Assembly: GCA_016845525.1 (NCBI GenBank) | Contig: JAERSQ010000117.1 | Location: 1 to 16,073 of the forward strand | DNA: 16,073 nucleotides | Direction: 5' to 3' | Source: Pseudomonadota bacterium | GTDB lineage: Bacteria; Pseudomonadota; Gammaproteobacteria; Arenicellales; UBA868 | Shown here: positions 14,294 to 16,073 of the stretch, in pieces | How positions within the stretch are numbered: position 1 is the stretch's first letter | Layout: every line of letters starts with the position of its first letter | Translations under genes and position numbers: made by a program | The notes under the pieces: model-generated | What the model saw: only the letters and a program-made list of their open reading frames with translations | Databases searched by the model: none | Told to the model about the DNA's origin: nothing

Positions 14294-15559
14294 ATGAATC
14301 GCTTATTTCTCCAACTCCCCACCCTGCTGTTGACAGTCATCGCCTACCCGGCGCTTGGGCTGGATAATCTAAGCGAATTTAGCCAGCCCGAAGGTTTCGT
14401 GACCGCCAAGGAGCGCAAAATGGGCGATTTTCAGGTTGGCTTCCAACATAGCTCGGAAGTGGATCTGTCCAGCAACATCAATGAGCAACCTGACGCCGAG
14501 GACGGCGCTAGTTACACCGGCAGCATCCTCGCCAATTTCACCGGCAAAGCCGGCTCCTCAGATATTAAAGGATCTGTCGGCGTTCAAATAATCGAGCAGG
14601 ATAATCGCAACGATGATGCCCGATCCAACACAACGAGCTTTATTGGTAATCTGAAAGTACGGTCTCCACTATCGCAAACCACAACGAATCTCTTCTCATT
14701 GAAAAGCGAGGAAGAGAATTCCAACGACTCAAACCTTTTGATCAAAACGAAAAGTTTGAGCACAACGGACACCAACACGCTTGCCGATGAGCTTGAAATC
14801 GCATTAAGCAAGACCCTAAAACTCGCGCTCTCCGGCACCATTCAGCAAGAGAAGTACGACACGACGAACAAAAAAGACACCGCCCGAACAACCCTTTCGA
14901 GAACACAGGCCTTTAACCGGGATAACGATTTCGTAAACGTCGCTCTGACTTACCAAACTCGGGATCAAAGTCAGGTTTACGGTATCGTGCAGGCCACCCA
15001 AAGCAAGGGAGGGAGCTTCTCTTCCGACTCCCTGGAACAGGACTCGGTCTCTATTGGGGTCGGAACAATCACGAAGGGAAAGACTCTGAGTTATCAGTTA
15101 GAACTGGCTTATGGATCATCAGACGCCACCAGCGTTACGAACGGAGTCAGCTCCAGCAGCACTGAAGATGCGTTTTTTGGGCGGATAACGGCTCAGTACG
15201 CAATCTCGAAAAAATCCAGAATCTATGCCGGAGTCATCCGAAGCATCTACACGGACATCACGACTTCAAACAATGCAGCCGTTGAAACCACGCCTGTCGT
15301 CCACTGGCAGACGGACTTGACCAGCAATGCCTACGCAGGAATCCGCTTGGACTATGATGTGATCGAAATTCTTGGCACCGATATGGAAATTGATACGCCC
15401 AGCGCCGCGATTAAGGCAGGATACCGATTCTCTCCGACATTGAACCTAGAGGGCAGCATCAACTATAAGGAACAGACGGTCAACGCTGCAGCGAAGGCTT
15501 CCGGTATCGACGAGTTTGATGAAACATCATTGAAATTTATCCTCAACTGGTATTTCTAG
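14294..15559 (+). CDS. Putative outer-membrane beta-barrel protein (secreted, with signal peptide)
   Basis: 421 aa. The ATG at 14294 is preceded by AAGGAG. The signal peptide is MNRLFLQLPTLLLTVIAYPALG. There are no Cys residues. The composition is Ser/Thr/Asp/Asn-rich, with many alternating hydrophobic/polar stretches (YAGVIRSIYTDITT, LSYQLELAYGSS, AIKAGYRFSP). The C-terminal ...LKFILNWYF ends in an aromatic residue, as is typical of OM beta-barrels. Confidence 0.7.
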   Translation: MNRLFLQLPTLLLTVIAYPALGLDNLSEFSQPEGFVTAKERKMGDFQVGFQHSSEVDLSSNINEQPDAEDGASYTGSILANFTGKAGSSDIKGSVGVQIIEQDNRNDDARSNTTSFIGNLKVRSPLSQTTTNLFSLKSEEENSNDSNLLIKTKSLSTTDTNTLADELEIALSKTLKLALSGTIQQEKYDTTNKKDTARTTLSRTQAFNRDNDFVNVALTYQTRDQSQVYGIVQATQSKGGSFSSDSLEQDSVSIGVGTITKGKTLSYQLELAYGSSDATSVTNGVSSSSTEDAFFGRITAQYAISKKSRIYAGVIRSIYTDITTSNNAAVETTPVVHWQTDLTSNAYAGIRLDYDVIEILGTDMEIDTPSAAIKAGYRFSPTLNLEGSINYKEQTVNAAAKASGIDEFDETSLKFILNWYF

Positions 15560-15592
15560 GCATACTGGCCTCTTGTGAGCTGGACGAAATAC

Positions 15593-15600
15593 CTCCGGAG
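15593..15600. promoter_or_regulatory. Palindromic CTCCGGAG (the core of the 14047 palindrome) upstream of the PhyH-family gene
   Basis: The same 8-bp palindromic core that sits at the centre of GACTCCGGAGTC recurs about 118 bp upstream of the GTG start at 15718. Confidence 0.25.
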
Positions 15601-15717
15601 AAACTCTCCGATCCAAAACCCTAATAAAGTGCCATCTCACAACCCTTCGTTGGCGACATCAACAGACCGAAAATACGCTGAAACCATGGTTGCAGAGGCC
15701 AGAACAGGACGTTACTG

Positions 15718-16073
15718 TGACGGGAAAGTTTCTTACCGAACGACAAGTCGAGGACTTTAGGACCAAAGGCTTCGTGCCACCCTTTTCGGTTGCGACGAAC
15801 GCCCTGATGAAGGAGATGCGCTCAAAACTTGAATCATTTGAGCAGGCTCAGGGCGGCGCGTTGCGCGGGTCACAGCGCTTCAAGAATCATCTGCTGTTCA
15901 AGTGGCTGTCCGACTTTATTCGGACTCCAAGGATTCTCGATGCGGTCGAGGACCTTATCGGGCCAGACATTCTGGTCTGGTCGACTGACTGGTGGATCAA
16001 GGAGCCCCGCTCTCCCCAGTTTGTCTCGTGGCACCAGGACAGTCAGTACTGGGGGCTGGATTCAGACAGACTC
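15718..16073 (+). CDS. Phytanoyl-CoA dioxygenase (PhyH)-family Fe(II)/2-oxoglutarate oxygenase, 3'-truncated by the window end
   Basis: The frame is open from the stop at 15625-15627 to the window end, and the only in-frame start is GTG at 15718. The N-terminus (V)TGKFLTERQVEDFRTKGFV and ...VSWHQDSQYW (the HxD iron-binding motif) are typical of the PhyH family. Confidence 0.65.

Noticed and set aside
15586-15605. Possible intrinsic terminator after the beta-barrel gene (GGAGAaacTCTCC hairpin)
   Set aside because: The stem is only 5 bp, it is not GC-rich and no U-tract follows it. I treat the region as the CTCCGGAG operator-like palindrome instead.
15575-15760. 61-aa ORF overlapping the start of the PhyH gene in another frame
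   Set aside because: The overlapping frame beginning at GTG 15718 carries strong PhyH-family motifs (WHQD), so the 61-aa ORF is most likely a frame artefact.
1-16073. Mobile elements, CRISPR arrays, tRNA/rRNA genes and an anti-phage defence island
   Set aside because: I saw no repeat-spacer periodicity, no inverted terminal repeats flanking a transposase-like ORF, no tRNA-like cloverleaf in the short intergenic regions, and no nuclease, helicase or other defence-type domains. The ABC protein is a transmembrane exporter, not a soluble SMC-like defence ATPase.

Overview
This window contains a fragment of a hybrid NRPS-PKS biosynthetic gene cluster on the + strand, followed by a tightly packed membrane/export operon on the - strand, a divergently transcribed outer-membrane beta-barrel gene, and the 5' end of a PhyH-family dioxygenase gene. 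GC is about 55-58% and several genes appear to use TTG or GTG starts. I found no tRNA, rRNA, CRISPR array or mobile element.

Gene 1 (1/39..5759, +) is a giant NRPS-type protein with the domain order aminotransferase (AMT) - luciferase-like flavin monooxygenase (LLM) - condensation (C) - adenylation (A) - PCP. The specificity code I extracted by hand from the A domain reads DATKVGEVGK, which matches the Asn code. This layout resembles the C-terminal half of the iturin/mycosubtilin beta-amino-acid loading subunit. The ORF is open to the window start, so the gene is probably truncated at its 5' end.

Gene 2 (5785..10170, +) is a PKS module with KS, a malonyl-type AT, a degenerate and probably inactive KR, and a carrier domain ending in an acidic tail that looks like a docking element. 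The assembly line has no downstream partner here, because the next gene is convergent.

The - strand carries four genes with junctions of only 2-9 bp: a DUF697/YcjF-like protein, a 65-aa two-TM protein, a YojI/SyrD/PvdE-family cyclic-peptide ABC exporter, and an SPFH/band-7 (flotillin/HflC-like) protein with a long disordered acidic tail. This DUF697 + SPFH + exporter module is the best candidate for an uncharacterised system here, plausibly an export and self-protection unit for a membrane-active product.

The divergent intergenic region 13994..14293 contains a perfect 12-bp palindrome, GACTCCGGAGTC, an 8-bp inverted repeat, and a sigma70-like promoter. The core of the palindrome, CTCCGGAG, recurs upstream of the PhyH gene.

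All domain calls rest on motifs I read by eye. No searches were run.
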